A stretch of 63,472 nucleotides of DNA, the filler included, from Clostridia bacterium (GTDB lineage Bacteria > CBDUZB01 > JAGLHV01): assembly GCA_030637025.1 (NCBI GenBank). It is 6 parts of 6 records of this genome, joined end to end, with 100 filler letters (N's around TTAATTAATTAA, not from the genome) between each part and the next. Parts side by side here need not be neighbours in the genome. Positions count along the whole stretch, not along the records: positions 1 to 20,902 come from DAOVVV010000040.1; 5 more parts are not named here. One strand, 5' to 3'. Shown in pieces: positions 1-11,419 of this stretch (positions are counted from its first letter, which is position 1; each line of letters starts with the position of its first letter). Below the pieces are notes generated by a model. That model saw nothing but the letters and a program-made list of their open reading frames with translations. It was not told where the DNA came from and made no database searches. Made by a program: the position numbers and the translations under genes.

Positions 1-228
1 ATAATTAATTTTCATCCCCAAAGAAGAACCATCCCCAAAATAACCGGTAATCATTTCAGGTGCAGTGTACAAATTAATGGTTACTTCGGTAATATTATGT
101 TTTTTTAATAATTGTAATGTATATTCTAAAACAGGCCTATTAGCCAAGGGCATCATCGGCTTAGGGACACTATAAGTCAAAGGCCTCAACCTCGTTCCAA
201 TTCCCGCAGCCATAATCATTGCCTTCAT
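1..228 (-). CDS. NDP-sugar synthase / sugar-phosphate nucleotidyltransferase, N-terminal part (runs off window)
   Basis: Manual translation MKAMIMAAGIGTRLRPLTYSVPKPMMPLANRP..., the GxGTRLxPLT..PKP nucleotidyltransferase motif; GGAGG RBS upstream; not in ORF track. Confidence 0.9.
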   Translation of the reverse strand, partial: MKAMIMAAGIGTRLRPLTYSVPKPMMPLANRPVLEYTLQLLKKHNITEVTINLYTAPEMITGYFGDGSSLGMKINY

Positions 229-371
229 AAAAAACCTCCCTTCTTTATTGATATTATCAAAAAATAAACATAGAAACTGTCAAACAAAATTACAACTATC
301 TCTTTATACAATTGTCATACCATCTAAACAAATTCAAAATCTAAAACACTAAATTCAAAACAAAAAAAATG

Positions 372-528
372 AAGGTGAAATGTGTTTTGAACGACTTAGC
401 AAATTTTAGCGAAAATAAGCGTTAAAAAAATAAGCCTGTCTGAGCAAAGCGAGTTGCTTATTTTTAGCTTGTTTTTGCGTGCCCATAGGGTAAAATTATG
501 CGTCTAGAGAAAAACATATTTTACCTTT
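372..528. repeat. ~158-bp palindromic MITE/REP-like element (family A), single copy
   Basis: Terminal IR AAGGTRAAATGTGTTTT / AAAACATATTTTACCTT with nested internal IRs; near-identical copies at 21003, 21183, 21370, 31863, 32111, 32178, 44103. Confidence 0.9.
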
Positions 529-608
529 ATTTTCCTCGTTCTAACCCCTGACTCATGAATCCTATATCACAAATTGTCATAAACTATAATTGACTATTTT
601 CAGATTGC

Positions 609-692
609 TTATACCTTTTTCGGTGTAAAAGAAGTTCGGCAAAGCCGAATTTGGATGGAGCGAAGCGTAGTCTTTTACACCGTGTTATCTGC
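609..692 (-). mobile_element. Integron attC site (degenerate R' box)
   Basis: Just after the stop of 700..1332: GCAGATAAC-A-CGGTGTAAAAGA...TCTTTTACACCG-AAAAA-GGTATAA; inverse core is the exact complement of GTTATCTGC upstream of the gene (1359-1367). Confidence 0.75.
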
Positions 693-699
693 TGTACTC

Positions 700-1332
700 C
701 TACATACAAGATTTTATACCTTCTCCACTTGACATATACTTCCAAATGCTATGGTCGAGTACTGATTTATTAATCCCCATTTGTTCCGCAGATTTGTTTA
801 CGATTTCCCTTGCTTCTGAGTAGCTAATCCTATCTCTCTCAATACCAGCCCTATTGAGAAATTTAATTAGATGGCGATCCACGGCACTGGTTGGAATATC
901 ACAGAGTATTTTGAAGTAGTCAGCAGTTTTGTCTCCTATACCTTTGAGATCTTTCAGTCTTACTATGTTTGCCTCATTTTCAAGCCAAGTCTTTAAATCT
1001 ACCTCGGTTTCTATTCCTTCTTCAGCGAAAAAACGAGCAATTATCAAAACACGATTTGGTTTTTCTGGGTCATTCCAGTTTAATAATTCTCTTGGACCTA
1101 TCCTCTCCAAGAGCTTGAGAAATCCTGTTGTTGTCTTAGCCTCTGAATAACTATGTCTTAACTCTTGGACACGGGGACTAACAACTGTTTCCCATTTGAT
1201 TCCTGCTTGGAGTATTGCATCCGTGACCGTTGCCCCCATGTGGTGATATGGGATGTCCGGCTCAATGATTTTGAAGTCTGAAAGAGATTTAATGTAATTT
1301 ATAAGTAATTTTACCTTCTTTTCAATAGTCAT
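700..1332 (-). CDS. Helix-hairpin-helix (endonuclease III / HhH-GPD-like) hypothetical protein, integron cassette gene
   Basis: LKGIGDKTADYF...AVDRHL resembles the HhH-GPD motif; bounded by cassette core/attC. Confidence 0.6.
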   Translation of the reverse strand: MTIEKKVKLLINYIKSLSDFKIIEPDIPYHHMGATVTDAILQAGIKWETVVSPRVQELRHSYSEAKTTTGFLKLLERIGPRELLNWNDPEKPNRVLIIARFFAEEGIETEVDLKTWLENEANIVRLKDLKGIGDKTADYFKILCDIPTSAVDRHLIKFLNRAGIERDRISYSEAREIVNKSAEQMGINKSVLDHSIWKYMSSGEGIKSCM

Positions 1333-1367
1333 TTTTCATCCTTCCTTATTGGAACATTGCAGATAAC

Positions 1368-1492
1368 TATCTGTTATCTTTTGTCTATGGACTATCGACT
1401 GTGGACTATGGACTGTCTTTATCCGTTGTCTTTTGTTTTTTCAAACCAATCTAAACTAATCTAAACCAATTCAACTGTCTTTTAACCGTCTT
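1368..1492. repeat. Mosaic short tandem repeat block
   Basis: Heptamer-like units (GACTATG/GACTGTG) and AAACCAATCT-type units shared with 21432, 35505 and 41790 blocks. Confidence 0.7.
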
Positions 1493-2770
<1,278 letters not shown>

Positions 2771-2790
2771 TTAACCTTTGTCCTTGACTT

Positions 2791-3960
2791 TTATATTCCT
2801 GCCTTTTTTCGTAAAATCTCCGCTTTATCTGTTTTTTCCCAGCTAAACTCTTCCTCTGTTCTTCCAAAATGGCCGTAAGCCGCTGTTTTCAAATAAATAG
2901 GCCTACGCAAATTAAGTTCGTTTATTATCCCTTGCGGGGTCAAAGAAAAATTTTCTTTGACTAATTCAGCTATCTTCTTTTCAGATATTTTAGCTGTTTC
3001 TTCCGTATCAATCATAACTGAAACAGGATCGGCTACACCGATAGCATAGGCTAATTGAATATTACATTTATCCGCCATTCCCGATGCTACAACATTCTTA
3101 GCAATATATCTGGCCATATAAGAAGCAGAACGGTCTACTTTAGTGGGATCCTTCCCGGAAAAAGCCCCTCCGCCATGCGGAGCCATTCCCCCATAAGTAT
3201 CTACAATAATCTTTCTTCCGGTCATTCCTGTATCTGATTGTGGGCCGCCAACTACAAACTTTCCGGTAGGATTTATAAAATATTTAGTTTCTTTATCCAA
3301 AAACCGTTGCTCAATAATGGGATTAATCACTGCCTCAATAATTTCATCTGTAGCTTTTTGAGTTATTTTTTTTCCTGTAGAATCCAGTATCTCTTCTGTG
3401 TGCTGCGATGATATTACAACTGTATCCACCCGATGGGGAACTCCGTCTTTATATTCTACCGTTACCTGTGATTTCCCATCCGGGCCTAAATATTTGAGGA
3501 TTTCCTCTTTCCTCACTTGTGCCAATCTTTTGGTCAATCGATGTGCCAACATAATCGGTAAAGGCATAAGTTCTTCGGTTTCCCTGCAGGCATAACCAAT
3601 CATCAAACCCTGGTCTCCTGCCCCCCCGATATCTACCCCCTGAGAAATATCCGGTGATTGACTTCCGATAGCATTAAGAACAGCACAGGTTTCATAATTA
3701 AAACCATATTTAGCGCTTGTATATCCTATGTCCTTCAAAAGTTGTCGCACAAGTTTTTGAATATCCACATAGCTGGTAGTCGTAATTTCTCCGCCTACCA
3801 CCACTAACCCAATGGTTATGAAAGTTTCACAAGCAACCCGCCCTTTAGAATCCTGCCCGATAATTGCATCTAAAACCGCATCTGAAATCTGATCACAAAC
3901 CTTATCCGGATGCCCTTCTGTTACAGACTCGGATGTAAATAAAAAATCTTTTTTCGCCAT
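2791..3960 (-). CDS. metK: S-adenosylmethionine synthetase
   Basis: [35 protein letters not shown] motifs. Confidence 0.98.
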   Translation of the reverse strand: MAKKDFLFTSESVTEGHPDKVCDQISDAVLDAIIGQDSKGRVACETFITIGLVVVGGEITTTSYVDIQKLVRQLLKDIGYTSAKYGFNYETCAVLNAIGSQSPDISQGVDIGGAGDQGLMIGYACRETEELMPLPIMLAHRLTKRLAQVRKEEILKYLGPDGKSQVTVEYKDGVPHRVDTVVISSQHTEEILDSTGKKITQKATDEIIEAVINPIIEQRFLDKETKYFINPTGKFVVGGPQSDTGMTGRKIIVDTYGGMAPHGGGAFSGKDPTKVDRSASYMARYIAKNVVASGMADKCNIQLAYAIGVADPVSVMIDTEETAKISEKKIAELVKENFSLTPQGIINELNLRRPIYLKTAAYGHFGRTEEEFSWEKTDKAEILRKKAGI

Positions 3961-3993
3961 TTTTATCCTCCTTAATTATTTTTCTTTTTTTTT

Positions 3994-4171
3994 AGACTTT
4001 TGCAAAATTCAATATTCCGTCATTCCGTTCCGCCTCATCCGCCTGAGGCGGAAGACGATACGAAATCTATAATGCTTTTAAATATCAATAGATTCCTGCT
4101 TTCGCAGGAATGACCCTCCCTACAGACTGGCGGGCAGGCAAAAAAGATAAAAAGCTATTTTACAAAACTCT
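3994..4171. mobile_element. MITE-like element containing REP-like hairpins
   Basis: Terminal IR AGACTTTTGCAAAAT / ATTTTACAAAACTCT (13/15) around GTCATTCC...GATTCCTGCTTTCGCAGGAATGAC; related to 17590-17800. Confidence 0.6.
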
Positions 4172-4184
4172 TGTTTTCTTTTTT

Positions 4185-5384
4185 TCAAAATTTTTCATAT
4201 TTTTTAAAAATATTTTTTAATATCTTCAAAAAAACATCTATCTCTTTTTTGCTTATGGTTAAAGCCGGCATAAATCTCAAAATATTCCCTTGCGTACAAT
4301 TTATCAACACCTTCTCCCTGATAAAATCCTCAACTATTTTTTCTCCTTCAAAACTTAATTCCATTGCCAGCATCAACCCTTTACCACGAACATCCTTGAT
4401 AAAAGAAAATTCCTTTTTTATTTCTCTTAATTTCTTAAAAAAATAACTCCCTTTCTCTATTGTGTTTTTTAAAATGTTTTTTTCTTTTATTGTCTTTAAA
4501 ACAGCTATTGAGGCCGCACAAACAAGCGGATTACCTCCAAAAGTAGAAGCATGGTCGCCTGCCTTAAAGGAAAAAGCTATTTTATCAGTAGTAAGCATTG
4601 CCCCAATAGGAACCCCGCCTCCCAGGGCTTTCGCCAGGGTCATTATATCCGGTTTAATTCCAAAATGTTGATAAGCAAACATTTTTCCCGTTCTGCCTAT
4701 CCCTGTTTGCACCTCATCAAAAATTAATAAAATCTTTTTTTGATTACAAAGCTTATGTAACTTTTTTAAGTAGTCAACACTGATACTATTAACCCCGCCT
4801 TCTCCCTGAATTAATTCTAACATAACCGCGCAGGTTTTTTCGGAAATTGCTTTTTTCAGGGCTTCGAAATCATTAAAGGGAACATATTTAAACCCTTTCA
4901 GAAGAGGTTCAAACCCTTGTTGATATTTTTTCTGTCCGGTTGCACTTAAAGCAGCCATTGTCCGCCCGTGAAAAGAGCCCATCATAGTAATTATTTCATA
5001 CTTGTTACTTCCTGAATTCTTTTTCGCATACTTCCTGGCCAATTTAATTGCGGATTCATTGGCTTCCGCACCACTATTACAGAAAAAAACTTTATCCGCA
5101 AAAGATAAATGACAGAGCATTTTAGCCAACTCCGTTTGCGGTAAATTATAATAACTATTGGATATATGTAATAACTCCTTCGCCTGTTTATTAATTGCAT
5201 CTACTACTGCCGGATAACAGTGTCCCAGATTATTCACCGCCCAACCCGGAAAAAAATCAAAATAACGATTGTTCTCAATATCCCAAACATAAATGCCTTT
5301 GCCTTTTACTAAAACAAGCGGCTTACGGTTGTAAGTCTGTAATACACAGTTTTTATCCTGCTGAATTATTTTTTTTAATGACAT
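4185..5384 (-). CDS. argD: Acetylornithine aminotransferase
   Basis: FCNSGAEANE, FHGRT, DEVQTGIGRTG, AKALGGG class III aminotransferase motifs; follows argB. Confidence 0.93.
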   Translation of the reverse strand: MSLKKIIQQDKNCVLQTYNRKPLVLVKGKGIYVWDIENNRYFDFFPGWAVNNLGHCYPAVVDAINKQAKELLHISNSYYNLPQTELAKMLCHLSFADKVFFCNSGAEANESAIKLARKYAKKNSGSNKYEIITMMGSFHGRTMAALSATGQKKYQQGFEPLLKGFKYVPFNDFEALKKAISEKTCAVMLELIQGEGGVNSISVDYLKKLHKLCNQKKILLIFDEVQTGIGRTGKMFAYQHFGIKPDIMTLAKALGGGVPIGAMLTTDKIAFSFKAGDHASTFGGNPLVCAASIAVLKTIKEKNILKNTIEKGSYFFKKLREIKKEFSFIKDVRGKGLMLAMELSFEGEKIVEDFIREKVLINCTQGNILRFMPALTISKKEIDVFLKILKNIFKKYEKF

Positions 5385-5415
5385 AAAGTTTTTCCCCTAC
5401 TAAAATTTCTTTTTA

Positions 5416-6198
5416 TTATCTTGTAATTATTGTTCCTTTATTCTGATTCTTTAATACAGTTAAAGCTAAAATATGTTTAGTTCGGGCATTAACAATGCGA
5501 CATTCTCCTACTCCTTTTTTTATTGCCCCGACACTTGCCTTAACTTTAGGAATCATACCCCCTAAAATCACTTTTTTATTTATCAATTTGCTAACATTAT
5601 CGGATTTTATTTTATTAAGTACTGTTCCTTGATGTAAAACCCCTTCCACATCCGTTAAAAAAATTAATTTTTGGGCTTGCAAGGCTATAGCTATAGCCTG
5701 TGCCATCATATCAGCATTGATATTTAATGTTTCCCCCTCATCAGTCATTCCGATAGAAGAAATAACGGGAATAAATCGATTTTTCAATAAAAGCTCTAAT
5801 AATTCCGTATTAACTTTTTTTACTTCACCCACTAATCCTAAATTTCCACCTGCTTTTCCGGCAATAACCATACATCCGTCTTTACCGCTTAATCCAACTG
5901 CTTTACCTTTTAAACCGTTAACCATTGCAACTAAACTTTTATTTATTTTAGCGGAAAGAACCATTTCTACTATTTCCAACGATTTTTTATCTGTATACCT
6001 CATTCCTTTTACAAACCGGGATTTTATTCCTAATTCATCCAGCATCCTGGTAACCTGGACACCACCCCCGTGAACCAGCACAGGGAAAAAATTATTTTTA
6101 GTTAAAAAAATAACATCCTTAATCAACTCTTTCTTTTCAGCGTCGTTCTCTAAAACAGCACCGCCGTATTTTATAACGATAACTCTCTTTTTTGTCAT
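5416..6198 (-). CDS. argB: Acetylglutamate kinase
   Basis: IKYGG, VHGGG, NINAD, GGMIPKV motifs. Confidence 0.95.
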   Translation of the reverse strand: MTKKRVIVIKYGGAVLENDAEKKELIKDVIFLTKNNFFPVLVHGGGVQVTRMLDELGIKSRFVKGMRYTDKKSLEIVEMVLSAKINKSLVAMVNGLKGKAVGLSGKDGCMVIAGKAGGNLGLVGEVKKVNTELLELLLKNRFIPVISSIGMTDEGETLNINADMMAQAIAIALQAQKLIFLTDVEGVLHQGTVLNKIKSDNVSKLINKKVILGGMIPKVKASVGAIKKGVGECRIVNARTKHILALTVLKNQNKGTIITR

Positions 6199-8409
6199 TT
6201 ATTGTCCTTTTATGTTTCTATATCCCTTTATTTCGTACGTTTTCCCACAGGTAGTAATTTCCAAAGCACCCATTTCCTTTGTGCTATATATTTTTAAAGT
6301 TTCCTTTTTTTCCGAACTTATTTGTTCCAGCTGCCTTAAAAAATTTGTCTTCGCTTTTCCCGAAAAGGTCATTATAGCACATTCGGGAAAAATTTCCCAC
6401 AAAAAATTTTCTAAAATCCCCCCCCCTTTTTGATCAGGAATTTGAAGGACTTTAACTTTTAAGTCATAATTATTAACTATCCTTTTTTGTGCCCTTTTCC
6501 CTATATCCCCGGGAAAAAGAATACTAAAATCTTTGTAAACCAAATATAATACTAAACTGTCGTTTCTGTTGTTTCTAAAAAACTCAGGATTTAAAACCTG
6601 AAAATCAAGTTCTTTTTCTTTTTTTATCCAATCCCCTCTTTTGGCCTTTCTAATTTTAAAAGGAATATTCTCCCGGGCAAGTTTACTATTAAAAATTATT
6701 TCCTTTATTTTGAAATTATTTAATATTATACCTAATCCTTTTGTATGAACAGGATTATCTCGCATAATTACAACAGTATTTATTTTTTTTACCCTTTTAC
6801 TTAAAAGAAATGGTACCAGAACCCTTTCCGCTACTTTAGATGTTCCGCCCACACCTATCAGCATATTTTTACCGTCCGGGAATTCTAAAAAGATACTGTT
6901 CCCTTTTCTAAGTGCCAAAAAAGTAATCTTTAAATCATCAGAACGAAAAAATGAACTATTAATAATAAATATTAAACTTACAATAATTCCTCCGGAAACA
7001 AAAAAGTACCGGACTTTCAAAAAAGAGCTGTTTTTATAAAACTTACTTACTATTCTATAATTTATTAAACAAAATATTATTAAATAAAAAACAACTAAAA
7101 ATAAAATAGAAGGAGTGCTTACTTTAACTGAAGCAAAAGGAAAAGAAGCAAAAAATTTAGCTTCTTTGATTAAACAAAGTATACATAAACTATTTATTTT
7201 TCCAATTAAACCAGCACAAAAACCACTTACCAGAGAAATAATACAAGTCGAAAATCCCAGTGTTACAATAATTCCCACCAAAGGAACCACAAAAAGATTA
7301 GTTAAAGGAGCTATCAATGAAATTTGATTAAAATAATAAGCAATCAAAGGACTTACCATAATCTGGGCACTCAGGGAAATAGCTAATGCATTACGTACCC
7401 ATGAAGGTAAAAAAGGCAACGACTTTCGAATTAAACCGGATAAATATAATATGCCTATAGTCGCTAAATACGAAAATTGAAATCCAATATTAAAAAGGGA
7501 CTGAGGATTAATTAAAAGAATAATCAAGGCAGAAAGATAAAGGCTGTGATGCAAATTTTTGTCCCGTCCCAAAAAATACGCACCTAATCCCAAAGTAGCC
7601 ATAAGAAAAGCCCGAACTGCTGAAGGACGTGCCCCTGTTATCTGGACGTAAAAAAAAATCATTATAATGGTTAAAAGATAAGACCTTCTTTTAGGAATAC
7701 CCAACAAGAAAAAAACTCCTAAAAAAATAAAAAGCACCAATCCTACATGAAGACCGGAAACCGCCAGAGTATGTACTATTCCACTGGCTATAAAATCCCG
7801 ATAAACCTGCTGGGGAAGAATATTGCGTTCCCCCAACATTATTCCGGATAAAACCCGCCAACAGCTCTTTTCTGTATATTGTTCGATTCTTTTTTTCATT
7901 TCCTGCCGTAAAAAAAAGAAAGGTGTCCATGAAAAATTTCTTTTTCCTGAAAGAATCAATTTTATATTGCTGCAACCATTTACCGTTAGTAAAGAATAAA
8001 TTTTTTTTCTGGATAAATACTTTTTATAATCAAACTCGCCGGGATTAAGTGCAGAAGCAGGAAAATTAAGAGACCCGGTTATTTTTACTTCATCTCCCCG
8101 CTTAAAATTAAACCGGGAAGAATAACAATTAACTAATATTTTACCCGAGACATTGCCTTTTTTATTTATTATCTTTTTTACTTTAAATATAAAAACAGTT
8201 TTATTTTTTTTCTTTTCAGGCTGACTGGCAATTACACCTTCTAAGCTTATTTTTCCGGAAACAAAATGAGAAATGTCTTTTTTAGGAACCTTGTTAAAAA
8301 ACCCTAAATAATCAGCTGTGATTATCGATAAGAGATAAAAAGCAGTTAAAATTAAAATTATTCTTCGTGGATACAAAATAAATTTACCAATTTCTTTTTT
8401 AATTCTCAC
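6199..8409 (-). CDS. comEC: ComEC/Rec2 DNA uptake channel protein
   Basis: DUF4131-like NPGEFDY region, Competence domain HTLAVSGLHVG and GFQFSY, C-terminal beta-lactamase-like domain. Confidence 0.9.
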   Translation of the reverse strand: MRIKKEIGKFILYPRRIILILTAFYLLSIITADYLGFFNKVPKKDISHFVSGKISLEGVIASQPEKKKNKTVFIFKVKKIINKKGNVSGKILVNCYSSRFNFKRGDEVKITGSLNFPASALNPGEFDYKKYLSRKKIYSLLTVNGCSNIKLILSGKRNFSWTPFFFLRQEMKKRIEQYTEKSCWRVLSGIMLGERNILPQQVYRDFIASGIVHTLAVSGLHVGLVLFIFLGVFFLLGIPKRRSYLLTIIMIFFYVQITGARPSAVRAFLMATLGLGAYFLGRDKNLHHSLYLSALIILLINPQSLFNIGFQFSYLATIGILYLSGLIRKSLPFLPSWVRNALAISLSAQIMVSPLIAYYFNQISLIAPLTNLFVVPLVGIIVTLGFSTCIISLVSGFCAGLIGKINSLCILCLIKEAKFFASFPFASVKVSTPSILFLVVFYLIIFCLINYRIVSKFYKNSSFLKVRYFFVSGGIIVSLIFIINSSFFRSDDLKITFLALRKGNSIFLEFPDGKNMLIGVGGTSKVAERVLVPFLLSKRVKKINTVVIMRDNPVHTKGLGIILNNFKIKEIIFNSKLARENIPFKIRKAKRGDWIKKEKELDFQVLNPEFFRNNRNDSLVLYLVYKDFSILFPGDIGKRAQKRIVNNYDLKVKVLQIPDQKGGGILENFLWEIFPECAIMTFSGKAKTNFLRQLEQISSEKKETLKIYSTKEMGALEITTCGKTYEIKGYRNIKGQ

Positions 8410-8504
8410 CTTGCCGATATTTACTTGAAATCTAAATATTTTTCCGGCTCTAAGGTGAGTTTCAACTATTTTTAAATATACTCAGACCTGCTTTTGCTAA
8501 GCAC

Positions 8505-9065
8505 TTATTCTAATTTAAAATTTTCCTTCCCTTCTTTCAACCTATTTATATTTTCTTCTATTTCTTCCTGTAGCATTATAATTTTTTTATTGTCTATTTT
8601 TTCTTCGGTTAAAAATTCATTTAATATTTTCATTTTTTCGTCTAAGCTATCCATTAAATTTTTTTCTTTTTTTGACTGTTCTCTTAAAACATCTACTAAC
8701 CGGTTGATTTTACCTACAAATTCATTTAATTCATCAGTTTTTCTTATTTGAATATTACGGCTAAAATCTCCCTGCCGAATTAACCCAACAACTTTCTCTA
8801 TACGACTGATTGGTCCGGCAATACGATGAGACAAAAGAAAACATAAAATAGCCTCAAATATTAATAAAACCCCTATTTTCCCTGCTACCAATTTTCCTGT
8901 TTTTACAATCAGTTCTTCAAAGAAAAATTCTCCTTTTAACAATTCTATCCACAAAGTAAAAAACACACTTAAACTTACAAACAAAGTAATTACCAACATT
9001 AAAAGAAAAAGAAATACTGCATACCGAAATTGAAAACTACTTTGATTTATATATTTTTTCCTCAT
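8505..9065 (-). CDS. Small two-TM HAMP-domain membrane protein
   Basis: Two hydrophobic helices then SHRIAGPISRI...GDFS...RKTDEL HAMP signature and coiled-coil tail. Confidence 0.75.
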   Translation of the reverse strand: MRKKYINQSSFQFRYAVFLFLLMLVITLFVSLSVFFTLWIELLKGEFFFEELIVKTGKLVAGKIGVLLIFEAILCFLLSHRIAGPISRIEKVVGLIRQGDFSRNIQIRKTDELNEFVGKINRLVDVLREQSKKEKNLMDSLDEKMKILNEFLTEEKIDNKKIIMLQEEIEENINRLKEGKENFKLE

Positions 9066-9107
9066 TATTAGATACTATCCTTACTTATTGTTTATTTATT
9101 TTCTTCT

Positions 9108-9896
9108 TTATATCTTTACTTCTTTCTTTAAAGAAATTTTCAAGCTGATTATTTCAAAAATACCTGCCATCAATGCTCCTGCATAATATATCCACCACTG
9201 ATTGGGAATATTCCAAAAAATAAAAGTAAACCCGCAAAAAAGCATAGAAAGCCCAAAACTGAAAACAGCAAAAGATTGAAACAACAATTTTTTAGGCATA
9301 TTATCATATATTGTATCTTTAGGAAAAGTGACCGAACGCCGTAAACTAATAGTACCAGCTATAATCATCATCATTACCGGACTTAAAAAACGAATTACAA
9401 ATAAAATAGGCATAAGCCTTCTATTCGGATTAGTTTCATGAAACCATATCCCATCATAAACTACATATTTACCTATTTTAAAAATTTCTTTAGATCCGCC
9501 AACAGCAAAAACATTAATAACAGCAAACAAAACTGCTAACAACAAACAGCCTGAAAATATTATGATAATAAATTTTTTAGTGATTTTTTCATGCCCTAAC
9601 GAAAAACTGAGTAATCCTATAAATACCGCTGGAGAAAAAAGTCCTATCATAAGAAATTCACGAATATTATTGATTATAAGAGGCACAGGATGCGGACCTA
9701 ACAGAATTTGTAAAGGGCGCGTCATTAAAAAAACTCCAAAAAAAATAAACCCCCAGAATGCTCCCTTATAAGTAACTCGTCCGGTAACCAATAATCGCAT
9801 AGGAGCAATATATTTAATATACCCGGCCATAAAAAAATATACCATCCCGGCTAAAACAGGTACAATAATATTAGCAATAAATAATATTTTATTCAT
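9108..9896 (-). CDS. Polytopic (about 7 TM) membrane protein of unknown function
   Basis: About seven hydrophobic segments; start overlaps the cheR stop. Confidence 0.75.
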   Translation of the reverse strand: MNKILFIANIIVPVLAGMVYFFMAGYIKYIAPMRLLVTGRVTYKGAFWGFIFFGVFLMTRPLQILLGPHPVPLIINNIREFLMIGLFSPAVFIGLLSFSLGHEKITKKFIIIIFSGCLLLAVLFAVINVFAVGGSKEIFKIGKYVVYDGIWFHETNPNRRLMPILFVIRFLSPVMMMIIAGTISLRRSVTFPKDTIYDNMPKKLLFQSFAVFSFGLSMLFCGFTFIFWNIPNQWWIYYAGALMAGIFEIISLKISLKKEVKI

Positions 9897-11362
9897 TTTT
9901 TTTCATTCACATTCTTTTTAGATGTTTTTATTTTATCAATATTCTGCCGGCATGTTTGAATTAACAATCTAGCTGTAATTCCTTCTGAAAATTCCATTAT
10001 TTTTTCCGGGGAAGATTTTATTAGAACTTTTATTGCATTAATATACTCTTTTATAGCTTCTTCATCTTTACCTTGCAGCTGATAAATGCGTGCCATATTA
10101 AAATAAGCCAAACTAAAATCTCTATCAATATAAATAACTTTTCTAAATTCACTGATTGCCTCATGGGACTGCCCCATTTTATCATAAACAACTCCCAGAA
10201 GAAAATGAGCAGCAAGAAATAAAGGAACAATTTGTATTGCCCATTGACAAGACTCTATCGCTTCAACAAATTGATGAGAATTAGCATGAATTTTTCCTGC
10301 TAAAAAATGCGCTTCAGCCATTTGAGAATCTATTTTAAGAACTTCTGTAACTTTTCCTAAAGCTTGAGAAAACTCTCCCTCTTCAAATAATTCTACGGCT
10401 TTGCTGTATAAATCCCTGGGTAAAGTAGCTTCATTAAAAGATTTCGCCTCTGCCTTTTTTTCCGAAACAACAGTTTCTTCTTTGTTGTTTACAATTTTTT
10501 CTATTTGCGGTAAATCCTGCCTTCTTTTTTTATATATGAAAATGTCTTTCCATTTAAATGGCACAAACTCAGAAGATATATGTTGCAAAGTTTCTGCATA
10601 TCCAATAAAAAAATAACCACTATTTTTAAGGCTCCTATAAAAATTATGTATAACCCTTACAATTGATTCTAATTTAAAATAAATAGTAACATTACGGCAA
10701 AAAATAATATCCCATCCCTCCATTTTAGCTAAAGGGTATGGTTCTTTAATCAAGTTGAAATATTCAAATTTCACCATTTTTTTTACTTTATCTTTTAGTT
10801 GAAATTTATTTTTATCTATCTGTATAAAATATTTATTTTTTATTTTTTCACTGACTAATTTCAAAGCATACGCAGAATAAATTCCCTTTTTTGCTTTGCT
10901 TAATGCTTTTTTGCTTACATCTGTGGCTAAAATTTCAATATTCCAATCGTTATAAAATCCAAGCGCCTCCAAAATAGCTATAGCTACAGTATAAGGCTCT
11001 TCCCCTGTAGAACATCCTGCACTCCAGATTTTAATACCCTCCCCATATACCATCTTTTCCGCTATTGATGTAGAAAGAATGTATTCTTTTAAAAATTTAA
11101 AATGCCCGGGCCCCCTAAAGAAGTAAGTCTCATTTATGGTTATTAAACTCAGTAATTCTTTAAATTCTTCTTCTCCCAAGGCATCACATTTAAGAAAAGA
11201 ATAATACTCGTAATAATTTCTAAATCCTTTAGCGCTTATTCTGAAAAGAAGGCTTATTCTTAAGGAATCCTCCCTGTTTCTATCCAAAAAAATACCACTG
11301 TTTTCCAGGATAAAATTTTGAAATAATTTAAATTCTTGTTCCGTTAAATCCGGATTAATCAT
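9893..11362 (-). CDS. cheR: CheR-type methyltransferase with C-terminal TPR repeats
   Basis: TINETYFFR, IWSAGCSTGEEPY, DIIFCRNV motifs; TPR-like helices after residue ~315. Confidence 0.9.
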   Translation of the reverse strand: MINPDLTEQEFKLFQNFILENSGIFLDRNREDSLRISLLFRISAKGFRNYYEYYSFLKCDALGEEEFKELLSLITINETYFFRGPGHFKFLKEYILSTSIAEKMVYGEGIKIWSAGCSTGEEPYTVAIAILEALGFYNDWNIEILATDVSKKALSKAKKGIYSAYALKLVSEKIKNKYFIQIDKNKFQLKDKVKKMVKFEYFNLIKEPYPLAKMEGWDIIFCRNVTIYFKLESIVRVIHNFYRSLKNSGYFFIGYAETLQHISSEFVPFKWKDIFIYKKRRQDLPQIEKIVNNKEETVVSEKKAEAKSFNEATLPRDLYSKAVELFEEGEFSQALGKVTEVLKIDSQMAEAHFLAGKIHANSHQFVEAIESCQWAIQIVPLFLAAHFLLGVVYDKMGQSHEAISEFRKVIYIDRDFSLAYFNMARIYQLQGKDEEAIKEYINAIKVLIKSSPEKIMEFSEGITARLLIQTCRQNIDKIKTSKKNVNEKK

Positions 11363-11419
11363 AATTGTTTGTTTTTTGCTTAATCAACCTAAATTTATTT
11401 TTTTTACTATATTAAAATA

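Noticed and set aside
3961-4184. SAM riboswitch upstream of metK
   Set aside because: No SAM-I core motifs; the structure belongs to a dispersed MITE/REP family
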